Shown here piece by piece: positions 53,986 through 62,565 of a stretch of 62,654 bases of DNA (position 1 is the stretch's first letter; each line of letters starts with the position of its first letter). A model generated the notes under the pieces. It was not told the DNA's origin. It was given only the letters and a program-made list of their open reading frames with translations, and ran no database searches. Source of the DNA: a virus; the IMG/VR virus record IMGVR_UViG_3300045988_095058; one strand, given 5' to 3'. The position numbers were made by a program, and so were the translations under genes.

Positions 53986-54291
53986 ATGTTAGATGGAAAG
54001 ATCTCTAAAGTAGAGAGAATTGTAGAGCTTGTATCTAATAGTGGTAAGAAAGAGCAGTTTAGAGTAGGAGATACTGTAGATGTAAATTATGTAGCTCCCT
54101 TTGATCCTAGAGGAGTAGGGTTTAATGGGGAGCGTGGGGGTACTGGTAAGATCGTAGATATTAAGGATGAGTATATCTATGTTGATGAGAGTACTTTGTT
54201 TCATAGCTGTGTAAGCACTATTCCTATTAGTAGCATAGTGCTTATCTCCATAGCAGATCCAGAGCATATAGAGGATAAGAGGAGGGCATAA
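53986..54291 (+). CDS. Hypothetical protein
   Basis: 101 aa ORF. Confidence 0.5.
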   Translation: MLDGKISKVERIVELVSNSGKKEQFRVGDTVDVNYVAPFDPRGVGFNGERGGTGKIVDIKDEYIYVDESTLFHSCVSTIPISSIVLISIADPEHIEDKRRA

Positions 54292-54292
54292 G

Positions 54293-54937
54293 ATGAGAAT
54301 TGTAGATGCAGGATATGAGATCTTAGATCCCCTCAATGGGGAGGAAATCTTAAAGAAGATCGAGAGAGTAGCCAGAGTGTGTTATAAGAGTGAGGATAAA
54401 ATCACAGAGGGATCCGCTGAGAAGATGGTAAGAGCTCTCATTAAGAGTAATCACATGGCGATGCTGGAGCACTACTCTTTTAGTGTAAAGTTTATCTGTG
54501 ATAGGGGTGTATCCCATGAGATTGTACGCCACAGAGTAGCCAGCTATGCACAGGAGAGTACAAGATATTGTAATTACAATAAGAGCGGAGATGTAGCTTT
54601 TATCCGCCCTGTATTCTTTGCAGAGGATACTCCAGAGATGGATAACTGGGTAGATAGCTGTATGAGAGCAGAGAAAACCTATAATTATCTGATTAGTGAG
54701 GGAAGAACTCCACAGGAGGCAAGATCTGTATTACCTAACAGCCTCAAAACAGAGGTAGTAATGACAGCTAACCTTAGAGAGTGGAGGCACTTCTTAAGCC
54801 TCAGAGCTTGCGGATCTACAGGAAAGCCTCATCCGCAGATGTTAGAGGTAGCAGTACCGCTCTTAAAGGAGCTTAGAGAGAGAGTACCTGTGGTATTTGA
54901 TGATCTGGAGCCTATGGAGTGGGAAACAGTTAAATAA
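54293..54937 (+). CDS. thyX: FAD-dependent thymidylate synthase ThyX
   Basis: ThyX signature RHRVASYAQESTRY (RHRxxSxxxxSxR). Confidence 0.9.
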   Translation: MRIVDAGYEILDPLNGEEILKKIERVARVCYKSEDKITEGSAEKMVRALIKSNHMAMLEHYSFSVKFICDRGVSHEIVRHRVASYAQESTRYCNYNKSGDVAFIRPVFFAEDTPEMDNWVDSCMRAEKTYNYLISEGRTPQEARSVLPNSLKTEVVMTANLREWRHFLSLRACGSTGKPHPQMLEVAVPLLKELRERVPVVFDDLEPMEWETVK

Positions 54938-54954
54938 AGGCAGAGGTTAGGGAG

Positions 54955-54981
54955 GGAGAGCTGTAAAAGGCTCTCCTTTTC
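54955..54981 (+). terminator. Rho-independent terminator
   Basis: GGAGAGC-tgtaaaag-GCTCTCC followed by TTTT. Confidence 0.7.
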
Positions 54982-54997
54982 AGTTAGGAGGGATTAT

Positions 54998-55129
54998 ATG
55001 ATTATCTTAGTAGGGATCGGATGCTTTATGGCAGGAGCAGTAGTGGGAATTGTTATGATGAGCCTTTGTGTGGCAAGCCATAACAGTAGCTTAGAGCTGG
55101 AGAACAGACAAAAGGAGGATAAAGAGTAA
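54998..55129 (+). CDS. Small membrane protein (43 aa)
   Basis: MIILVGIGCFMAGAVVGIVMMSLCV TM helix. RBS TAGGAGGGATTAT. Confidence 0.5.
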   Translation: MIILVGIGCFMAGAVVGIVMMSLCVASHNSSLELENRQKEDKE

Positions 55130-55677
55130 TGCAGATAGTAAGCGGAGATATAACCAGAGATATTACTGGAGAGATTGTATATCTTAAGGCATATAAGCAG
55201 ATGGTAGGAGAGGTAACGGAGTACAGCACCTCAAAGAATACAGCTACAGTAAAGCTCTGTGATACAGGGCTGGAGATAACAGTATCTTTAGATGATATTG
55301 AGAGTACAGGCAGTACACAGCCTCACAGAGCTTTTAATAGTGAGGTACATATCTTAGGAACCAGATACAGTATCCGTATTATAGATGAGGATGATTACAG
55401 ATATGATAGAGAGGCGGATGGATGGTGTGATCCTAGTGTAAAGGAGATCCTCATTTTTAACTATAAGCAGAGTGCGGAGAGTGTAAAGGATCTGGTAGCA
55501 TATCAGAAAAAGGTACTCCGCCATGAGATAGTACACGCTTTTCTCTATGAGAGCGGTTTATGGCAAAATGCCTACGGTAGTAAGTGCTGGGCTAAAAATG
55601 AGGAGATGATAGATTGGATGGCTATACAGATCCCTAAGATCCAGAGAGCGTATAAGGAGGCGTACTGTGATGAGTGA
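55129..55677 (+). CDS. Hypothetical protein with an HExxH motif (putative metallopeptidase)
   Basis: LRHEIVHAFLYESG contains HEIVH. Confidence 0.45.
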   Translation: MQIVSGDITRDITGEIVYLKAYKQMVGEVTEYSTSKNTATVKLCDTGLEITVSLDDIESTGSTQPHRAFNSEVHILGTRYSIRIIDEDDYRYDREADGWCDPSVKEILIFNYKQSAESVKDLVAYQKKVLRHEIVHAFLYESGLWQNAYGSKCWAKNEEMIDWMAIQIPKIQRAYKEAYCDE

Positions 55678-55834
55678 TTTAGGAAGATGCAAACATACAC
55701 TCTATATCCTTAAGCATAAGCCAGAATATACAAAAGGCTGGGGCTGGAGGTGTAGATACTGTGGCAGGACTTATAAAGACCTCAGAGAGGAGGCAGAGTA
55801 TAAAGAGCGTGAGAGGAGGAGTAGAACATGGTAG
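55670..55834 (+). CDS. Hypothetical small protein (54 aa)
   Basis: ATG overlaps the upstream stop. Has CKH...CRYCG. Below the track cutoff. Confidence 0.4.
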   Translation: MSDLGRCKHTLYILKHKPEYTKGWGWRCRYCGRTYKDLREEAEYKERERRSRTW

Positions 55835-56016
55835 CAGGATTATTAAAGCTGGTATTTATCCTCTGTACCATAGCGGTAGTAGGATTATCGGTAGTAGATA
55901 CTCTCTGGTTTAATGCTATGCCAGAGAGTAACCGTTATAAGAATGTACAGGCGTTTAATGTGGTTACGCTGTGGATCGTAGCTATAGTACTTATTATCAA
56001 ACTGGTAACGATGTAG
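55828..56016 (+). CDS. Small membrane protein
   Basis: 62 aa with two TM helices. Confidence 0.5.
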   Translation: MVAGLLKLVFILCTIAVVGLSVVDTLWFNAMPESNRYKNVQAFNVVTLWIVAIVLIIKLVTM

Positions 56017-56038
56017 GGAGCTAACAGGCTCCCTTTTA
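56016..56038 (+). terminator. Rho-independent terminator
   Basis: GGGAGC-taacag-GCTCCC followed by TTTT. Confidence 0.65.
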
Positions 56039-56066
56039 TTATGCGTAGAAAGGAGGTTAGGCGGAT

Positions 56067-57557
56067 GTGTTAGATTATAAAGTAGTATCCCTAGTAGAGA
56101 ATAAGCTAGGGGAGGTACAGGATCAGAGAGAAAGAGATGCTATGATAAAGTACCTCATACAGGAGGCAGATTTTGAGATAGCGTATTATCTGGTATGCAC
56201 CTACATTACTAAGAGAAATGTAATGGATCTCCATAAGAGTATTATCTCTAACATATCGAATAGTAAGAGCACGCTGGATCTAGCCCCTAGAGGTTTCGGT
56301 AAAAGTACTGTAGGCGATGTGGATTATTGTATTACAAGGATCCTCAGAGATCCTAATATCCGTATTATGATAGGATCAAAAACACAAACACAGGCGGAGG
56401 CGTTTCTTAAAGAGGTTCGTACTCACTTTGAGCAGAATGAGGATCTTATTAGGATTTTCGGAGATTGGAAAACCAGTAAGGATAATGTGTGGAATGATAG
56501 AGAGTTTACTGTAAATAAGCGTAGCATTATTAAGAAAGAGGCTACTCTAACAGCACTAGGAGCCTCTGGAGCGGTTATTTCTAAGCACTTTGATGTAATT
56601 ATAGGCGATGACTTAGTAGGGCTGGAAAATGCCAGAACAGAAAAGCAGAGGAGTAACCTTAAGGAGTGGTTTTATAGCTCTCTTTTTCCTACACTGGAGC
56701 CAGATGGGGAGATCCATATACTGGGTACACGATATAACCCATTGGATCTGTATGAGGATCTGATAAAGAGTAAGGATTATGTGGTAAATACTCAGAGAGC
56801 TATAAGAGTGGTAAACGGTAAAAAAGTATCTCTCTGGGAGGAAAAGTTTAGCTTAGAGAGGCTGGAGGCTATTCTTAAGCAATCTGGTAAGATCATTTTT
56901 AATATGCAGTATCAAAATGATACAGAGCTGGCAAAGGGTAAAATCTTTAAGGCTCAGTATTTCAGATATTACGAGGAGTACAAGATTGATTATGATTTTC
57001 AGACCGCTAAGGTACGAGTTAAGACAGAGGATGGTATAGATCAGTGGATCAAGGTAAGGCTTTGTTTTGGATGCGACTTAGCAATATCTGAGAAAGAGCA
57101 GGATAAAGGAGATTATTTTGTACTCATGGTAATAGGGGTAGATGCAGATCATAATGTGTATGTATTGGATTATGTGAAAGAGAGATTAACCTTTAATACC
57201 CAGCTTAATACCATTATTGACTACGGTAGAAATAAATTTCCTATGGTAGAGCGGATCGGAGTAGAAACGGTAGCCTATCAGAAATCCTTAGCACAGGAGC
57301 TTAGGAGATTATCTTTACTCCCTATTATCAATATCAATACCTCTAAGGACAAAGTAACAAGAGCTATGAGGAGATCGGCTAACTTTGAAAACCACAAGGT
57401 ATATTTTAGAGAGGGTATGGATGATCTGGAGGAGTGCTTACTGTTATTCCCAGAGGTGGATCACGATGATTTATTTGATGCCCTAGATTTTGCTATGACT
57501 ATGGCAGATGGTGGTAATGAGATCAGAGTACTTAAAAGAGAAGATTTTAGAATTTAG
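56067..57557 (+). CDS. terL: Terminase large subunit
   Basis: Walker A LAPRGFGKST, Walker B VIIGDDLV, and a C-terminal nuclease-like region. Confidence 0.85.
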   Translation: MLDYKVVSLVENKLGEVQDQRERDAMIKYLIQEADFEIAYYLVCTYITKRNVMDLHKSIISNISNSKSTLDLAPRGFGKSTVGDVDYCITRILRDPNIRIMIGSKTQTQAEAFLKEVRTHFEQNEDLIRIFGDWKTSKDNVWNDREFTVNKRSIIKKEATLTALGASGAVISKHFDVIIGDDLVGLENARTEKQRSNLKEWFYSSLFPTLEPDGEIHILGTRYNPLDLYEDLIKSKDYVVNTQRAIRVVNGKKVSLWEEKFSLERLEAILKQSGKIIFNMQYQNDTELAKGKIFKAQYFRYYEEYKIDYDFQTAKVRVKTEDGIDQWIKVRLCFGCDLAISEKEQDKGDYFVLMVIGVDADHNVYVLDYVKERLTFNTQLNTIIDYGRNKFPMVERIGVETVAYQKSLAQELRRLSLLPIININTSKDKVTRAMRRSANFENHKVYFREGMDDLEECLLLFPEVDHDDLFDALDFAMTMADGGNEIRVLKREDFRI

Positions 57558-57562
57558 TGTAA

Positions 57563-57590
57563 AAGCCCTAATAAGTGAGGGCTTATTTTT
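57563..57590 (+). terminator. Hairpin terminator or attenuator
   Basis: AAGCCC-taataagtga-GGGCTT followed by ATTTTT. Confidence 0.55.
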
Positions 57591-57616
57591 ATGCAGAAAA
57601 GGAGGATATAAGCAAT

Positions 57617-59176
57617 ATGGCAGAGCTTAGTAGACCGATAGATAAAGAGTTTAATGTAGAAGTTGAGGGAGGCAGATTTAGTACAGAGTTTCTTAATGAT
57701 CTGGTAGATACTCATGTAAATAAGATCGCTCCCAGATATATAAAGTTTCAAAAACTGTACGAGGGTAAGCATAAGATCCAGAACAGACCGAGAAAAGATA
57801 AAAACAAGCCTAATAACAAGCTGGTAAATGACTTTTTCGGACAGACGATTGATAACACAGTAGGTTATTTTTTGGGTAATCCTATTGTACTTAACTATAC
57901 AGAGCCTAAAAAGGATAAGGCACCTGTAGAGGCAGATCCAGCGGATGTAGGAGTAGACCTTACAGAGCTGGAGGATACAAAGGTACAGGATGAGTTAGAT
58001 AAGATTTGTAGCGATAATGATAAAGACGATCTTTTTATAGAGTGGGGTAAGGAGGCTATGATTAAGGGCTTATCCCATATTTTAGTATATCAAGATGAGG
58101 AGAGCCACACTAAGATGATGAGAGTATCCCCAGAGGATCTTATTGTGGTGTATAAGAACAGCTCAACAAAGGAGCCAGCCTATAAGATCCGCCTGTATGA
58201 TATTGATACAGAGGATACTAAAAAAACTACCCACTATGCAGAGGTGTATAGCCCTACTAAGATAGAAACTTTTAAGTGTGTAGATGATGGATCCTGTGGG
58301 GCTACAGGTAAGGGCAAGGCTAGACAGTTTGCAAGCTATGAGTTTGTAAAAGAGGAGCCTCACATTTTCGGTAGGATCCCTATTATCACTGTTTATAACA
58401 ATGAGGAGCAGATGAGCGATCTTGAAAAGATAGAAACTCTTGTAAATGATTATGATAAGGTGCTCTCCGATGTGTCTAATGAGTTTGAGGCATTTAGAAA
58501 CGCCTATTTAATGCTTAAAAACATGACAGCGAGTGGGGATAATATTCAAAAACTCAAAGATGAGGGCATTATTGAGGTAATGGAGAATGGAGATGTTAAA
58601 TTTATCACTAAGGAGATCCAGACGGAGGCACTAGAGAACCATCTTAACAGGCTGGAGAAGAATATCCACAAGTTTTCCGCTGTACCAGATCTCTCAGATG
58701 AGAACTTTGCAGGAAATCTTAGCGGTGTAGCTATCAGATTTAAGCTCTTTGGGCTGGAAACTAAGTGTATTATCAAAGAGAGAAAGATGGAAAAGGCTAT
58801 AAAGGAGCTGGTAAGAGTGCTTAGTGTGCCTATCCATGTAAATACAGGGCGTGAGGTGGATGTACTTAACCTCAAAGTGGAGTTTAGTAGAAATGTACCT
58901 AACAATCTTACAGAAATTGTAGATACAGTAACTAAGCTGGATGGAAAAGTGGATAAGGAAACGCTCCTCAGCTTACTCCCATTCATTGATAACCCTAAGG
59001 AAGTGCTGGAGAAACTGGAGGCAGACAAGGAAAGAGATAGACAGAGTACAGATCCTTACTCTACGCAGAATATTACAGAGGATAGTAATAATTTATTCCC
59101 TAACCTTAACGCACAGAATAGCCCACAGGAGGCTTTAAATGCACAGGGGACTACAATTCCTCAGCCAGAACAGTAA
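57617..59176 (+). CDS. Portal protein (SPP1 gp6-like)
   Basis: About 519 aa. ATG 57617 follows AAAAGGAGGATATAAGCAAT. Lies directly downstream of terL. Confidence 0.85.
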   Translation: MAELSRPIDKEFNVEVEGGRFSTEFLNDLVDTHVNKIAPRYIKFQKLYEGKHKIQNRPRKDKNKPNNKLVNDFFGQTIDNTVGYFLGNPIVLNYTEPKKDKAPVEADPADVGVDLTELEDTKVQDELDKICSDNDKDDLFIEWGKEAMIKGLSHILVYQDEESHTKMMRVSPEDLIVVYKNSSTKEPAYKIRLYDIDTEDTKKTTHYAEVYSPTKIETFKCVDDGSCGATGKGKARQFASYEFVKEEPHIFGRIPIITVYNNEEQMSDLEKIETLVNDYDKVLSDVSNEFEAFRNAYLMLKNMTASGDNIQKLKDEGIIEVMENGDVKFITKEIQTEALENHLNRLEKNIHKFSAVPDLSDENFAGNLSGVAIRFKLFGLETKCIIKERKMEKAIKELVRVLSVPIHVNTGREVDVLNLKVEFSRNVPNNLTEIVDTVTKLDGKVDKETLLSLLPFIDNPKEVLEKLEADKERDRQSTDPYSTQNITEDSNNLFPNLNAQNSPQEALNAQGTTIPQPEQ

Positions 59177-59210
59177 AAGGGCTATATGAGGCTGTAAGGA
59201 GGTGTAAAGA

Positions 59211-61412
59211 GTGGCTAATGTAGGCTATATAAACAAAGAAGTAGCGAAAATGTACGGTATCCCATACTCAGAGCTTACTCCAGAGCAGAAAAAGATCCTC
59301 CATGAGGACAGTGTGAGGAGAGCTAAGCTCATTAAGGAGCGTGAGGAGGCAGTACTTAAAAATAATCTCAAAGCGTTTGAGGATGAGGCTAAGATGGAGA
59401 AAGTCTTAGCCTCTATTTATGCTAGTTGTCAGAAAGAGATCCTTGCCAGTGTAACAGAAACCATAGCAAAGGTTAAAAAGGCTGGAGGAGATTGGAGCTA
59501 TGCTAATCAATCAGCACTCACACGGAGTAGAGGATTATTTGAGCAGATCGGAGAGCAGATAAAAGCCTTAGGACAGAAAGAGCAGATTACCTTGAGGCAG
59601 GGGCTTAGTAATATCTATACGGATCAGTTTTTAAGGCAGGTGTACGATCTGGGGCAGAGCATAACGGTAAAGGTTAATTTTAACAGACTTAATCCAGCTC
59701 TGATACAGAAAACCTTAGATTATCCGTGGAGCGGTGCCATGTTCTCAGATAGGCTCTGGCAGGATAAGGAGAGGCTGGGTAGAAATCTCCGTGTAGGACT
59801 TACTCAGAGCATGATCTTAGGAGAGGGAATACCTCAGATCACGGATAGGATCAATAAGGGCATAGATACAGCTAGATATAACGCTGAGAGGGTAGCAAGG
59901 ACAGAAACAAAGAGAGTTACTTACTGTGCTCACGATGATGTATATAAAGATACTGGGGTAGAGGAGCTTAGATACCGCTGTGCTAATGGCGGAGATAGTA
60001 GAACTTGTCAGTATTGCAGAGCAGATAATGGTAAAGTGTTCAAAAGGGGGGAGGAGCCTACTCTCCCACGCCATCCTAACTGTAGATGTGTATATATTCC
60101 TGTAGTAAGTGATACCTTTGAGGATAATGAGCTTAACGAGCTTACAGGATCCGTTAGGGGATCTGAGAACTATGAGAAGTGGGAGAAAGCTCAACAGGAA
60201 AAACTCAAAGCAGAAAAAATTATTACTCCAGAGGAAAAAGCATACAATAAATGTTTTGACGATATTGATATAGAGTATAAAGCAAAACAGGCAGAGATTA
60301 GCATACTACAGGATCAATATGATACTTTAAACAAAGAGTATAAAGGGCTTGCCACAATACGGAGAGGGTTTATTACTCCAGAGGAGGGCGGATTTAAAAA
60401 TACTATGGATTATAAATTTAAGGAAAACCAGCTTTATACAGATATGGCTAGTATCAAGGATAAGATAGAGCAGGCTCAAAAGGCTCTTAAAGATCTGGAA
60501 AGGGATGGTGCTTATTTACAAGAGGTCGGAATAAAAAGGGTTAGTAGCATATCTGATTACAAAGCTATTAGAAAAACTCTAAAAGAAAATAAAACTTTTG
60601 ATTATGATAAATATGCAGATGAGCTAGTGCAGATGGTAGCCAAAATGGATGATGAGGCACTCACAGTACAAAAGGGTTTAGCTAGTGCTATAAAGGCTAG
60701 TAATTACAACTCTGGAGGAGGCGGAAAGGGCGGAAAAACTGTAAGTATGACTATGAGCAACAATCATCACGAAAAGGCTAGAGGAAACGGCTTATTAGGT
60801 TCATGGGAAACTAAGTACCATGAGGAGGGGCACGTTTTAGATCATCTTTTAGGAGATCATGCAGAATTTAATAAAGCTGGTACAGGCAAATACACAGGAG
60901 AGCACACACGTTATATGTTAGGATTTTTGGATGTGTCAAAAGAGTACGGAGAAAAAGCCTGTGATGCTGTAGCAGATGATATTTTATCTTTTGTAAATAC
61001 TTCTATTAAATGGTATAATAAAGAAAATCAGACAAATTATAAAGATCAATCCTCTCTAAACCGTATATCTGGGGATAGTAAGTTAGCTACAATCTCATAT
61101 TTACGCCACTTAGTTAATGATGAGGGCATAAATGCAGTAGATTTAAGTATATTAACAGATACTATAGGATGTTACACTAAAGGTAGTATACATCCGTATG
61201 CTCACGGATTTTGGGGGCATGATAAAGCTTATTGTAAGGATGGCGGTAAAAACATGAGTGTAGCGGAGAGCTGGGCTACATGGAATTATATTAGAGAGGT
61301 TGGAAGTGATGATGAAAAAGCTCTTATAGAGAGGTTGATGCCTAATACTTATGGATATTATTCTGGAGTATATAGCGAGATTGCAAAATGGTTAAAGAAA
61401 AATACACTATAG
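59211..61412 (+). CDS. MuF / SPP1 gp7-like minor head protein fused to a ~430-aa C-terminal extension with an HExxH motif
   Basis: MuF core RVARTETKRV...RHPNCRCVYIPV spans about aa 220-295. HEEGH is at 60819..60833. Confidence 0.8.
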   Translation: MANVGYINKEVAKMYGIPYSELTPEQKKILHEDSVRRAKLIKEREEAVLKNNLKAFEDEAKMEKVLASIYASCQKEILASVTETIAKVKKAGGDWSYANQSALTRSRGLFEQIGEQIKALGQKEQITLRQGLSNIYTDQFLRQVYDLGQSITVKVNFNRLNPALIQKTLDYPWSGAMFSDRLWQDKERLGRNLRVGLTQSMILGEGIPQITDRINKGIDTARYNAERVARTETKRVTYCAHDDVYKDTGVEELRYRCANGGDSRTCQYCRADNGKVFKRGEEPTLPRHPNCRCVYIPVVSDTFEDNELNELTGSVRGSENYEKWEKAQQEKLKAEKIITPEEKAYNKCFDDIDIEYKAKQAEISILQDQYDTLNKEYKGLATIRRGFITPEEGGFKNTMDYKFKENQLYTDMASIKDKIEQAQKALKDLERDGAYLQEVGIKRVSSISDYKAIRKTLKENKTFDYDKYADELVQMVAKMDDEALTVQKGLASAIKASNYNSGGGGKGGKTVSMTMSNNHHEKARGNGLLGSWETKYHEEGHVLDHLLGDHAEFNKAGTGKYTGEHTRYMLGFLDVSKEYGEKACDAVADDILSFVNTSIKWYNKENQTNYKDQSSLNRISGDSKLATISYLRHLVNDEGINAVDLSILTDTIGCYTKGSIHPYAHGFWGHDKAYCKDGGKNMSVAESWATWNYIREVGSDDEKALIERLMPNTYGYYSGVYSEIAKWLKKNTL

Positions 61413-61425
61413 GAGGTGCAGTAGT

Positions 61426-61671
61426 ATGAAAGTAGAATATGATGATATTGATATTAAACTTTTCAAATCGGATCCTATTGGGAGAGTGTACTTAGAGTAT
61501 AATGATACCGTAGGAGGGGAGCCCTTTAACAGGTGCGGTGTAGAGGGCGTGGATATTGATAAGCTATATGGTGGAGAGATTGGTTTATACCACGAGTGTA
61601 TTAAGCAGAGAAAAACGTGGGAGGATCTTTTAGGCGTAAAAGTTAATAGTGATATAATGGTAGAGGCGTAG
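61426..61671 (+). CDS. Hypothetical small protein immediately after the MuF fusion gene
   Basis: 81 aa, RBS TAGGAGGTGCAGTAGT. Confidence 0.5.
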   Translation: MKVEYDDIDIKLFKSDPIGRVYLEYNDTVGGEPFNRCGVEGVDIDKLYGGEIGLYHECIKQRKTWEDLLGVKVNSDIMVEA

Positions 61672-61678
61672 TTTATAA

Positions 61679-61719
61679 GAGGCTAATAGGTGTAAAAACT
61701 TGTTAGCCTCTTTTTTTTT
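61679..61719 (+). terminator. Rho-independent terminator
   Basis: GAGGCTAA...TTAGCCTC followed by T9. Confidence 0.8.
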
Positions 61720-61720
61720 G

Positions 61721-61757
61721 CCTAAATTTTGAGGAGAAATCTGATTAAGATAGATAA
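61721..61757 (+). promoter_or_regulatory. Class-1 bipartite motif, copy K (variant)
   Basis: cCTAAA-N14-cTGATTAAGATAGATAA. Confidence 0.4.
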
Positions 61758-61772
61758 AAGGAGGCGGATAAC

Positions 61773-62525
61773 ATGATAGAGATAGGACAAGCAGTATATT
61801 TTATTGAGAGTAGAGGGCTGGATCCTGTTATAAAGTTTGGAATAGTAAGAGATCTATGGGAGGATAAGGGATTTTATCATTATGCTGTAGATTTTCTTAG
61901 CATTAAAGAGCACAGATACATAAAAGGTATTCCTTTTGAGGAGTTTACTAATACTGAGTGGAGAAAAATACCTAAGGAGCTAAGAGATAAAGCGTACACG
62001 ATACAGCCAGATGTAGTATGGAGATTAAAACCAGAGGAGAGAGCTTTATTGCAGACTAGCTTTATTGATAATCCTAGAGATATTGAGAGGCTGTATAAGG
62101 CTGGATTATTGGTATCTAAAGAGAAAATTTCTACAGCACATATAGAGGTAGAGTTAAATAGATCTAATGAGTATAGGATCGTAAAAATACAGCATGAGTG
62201 GACTTATGATTATGGCAAGGATAAGCGTACAGGCGTTATTTTAGAGGCTTGTAAACTTTATGAGGTATATTCTAAGGCTAACGAAGAAAAAGAGCGTATA
62301 GAGGCAAAATACAAAGCAGAAAGAGCCCTCTCAGATTATGAGTGGAGTGTAAGAGAGATAGATAAGGTACTTAAATTACTACACGATGATCCACTAGCTA
62401 AGGAGTATAGGCGGATCCTCCTTAGTATGGCTAATGTAGATGATATTGAGATAAAAAAGGTAGGAAACATTATTTACTACAGGTATTTTAGCAAGAAAGA
62501 GCCCTATAAAATGGTGCAATTATAA
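61773..62525 (+). CDS. Hypothetical protein
   Basis: 250 aa ORF, RBS AAAGGAGGCGGATAAC. Confidence 0.6.
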   Translation: MIEIGQAVYFIESRGLDPVIKFGIVRDLWEDKGFYHYAVDFLSIKEHRYIKGIPFEEFTNTEWRKIPKELRDKAYTIQPDVVWRLKPEERALLQTSFIDNPRDIERLYKAGLLVSKEKISTAHIEVELNRSNEYRIVKIQHEWTYDYGKDKRTGVILEACKLYEVYSKANEEKERIEAKYKAERALSDYEWSVREIDKVLKLLHDDPLAKEYRRILLSMANVDDIEIKKVGNIIYYRYFSKKEPYKMVQL

Positions 62526-62534
62526 GAAAGATAA

Positions 62535-62565
62535 ACTACTAGCGTTATGCTGGTAGTTTTTTTTT
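62535..62565 (+). terminator. Rho-independent terminator
   Basis: ACTACTAGC-gttat-GCTGGTAGT (one G-U pair) followed by T9. Confidence 0.75.
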
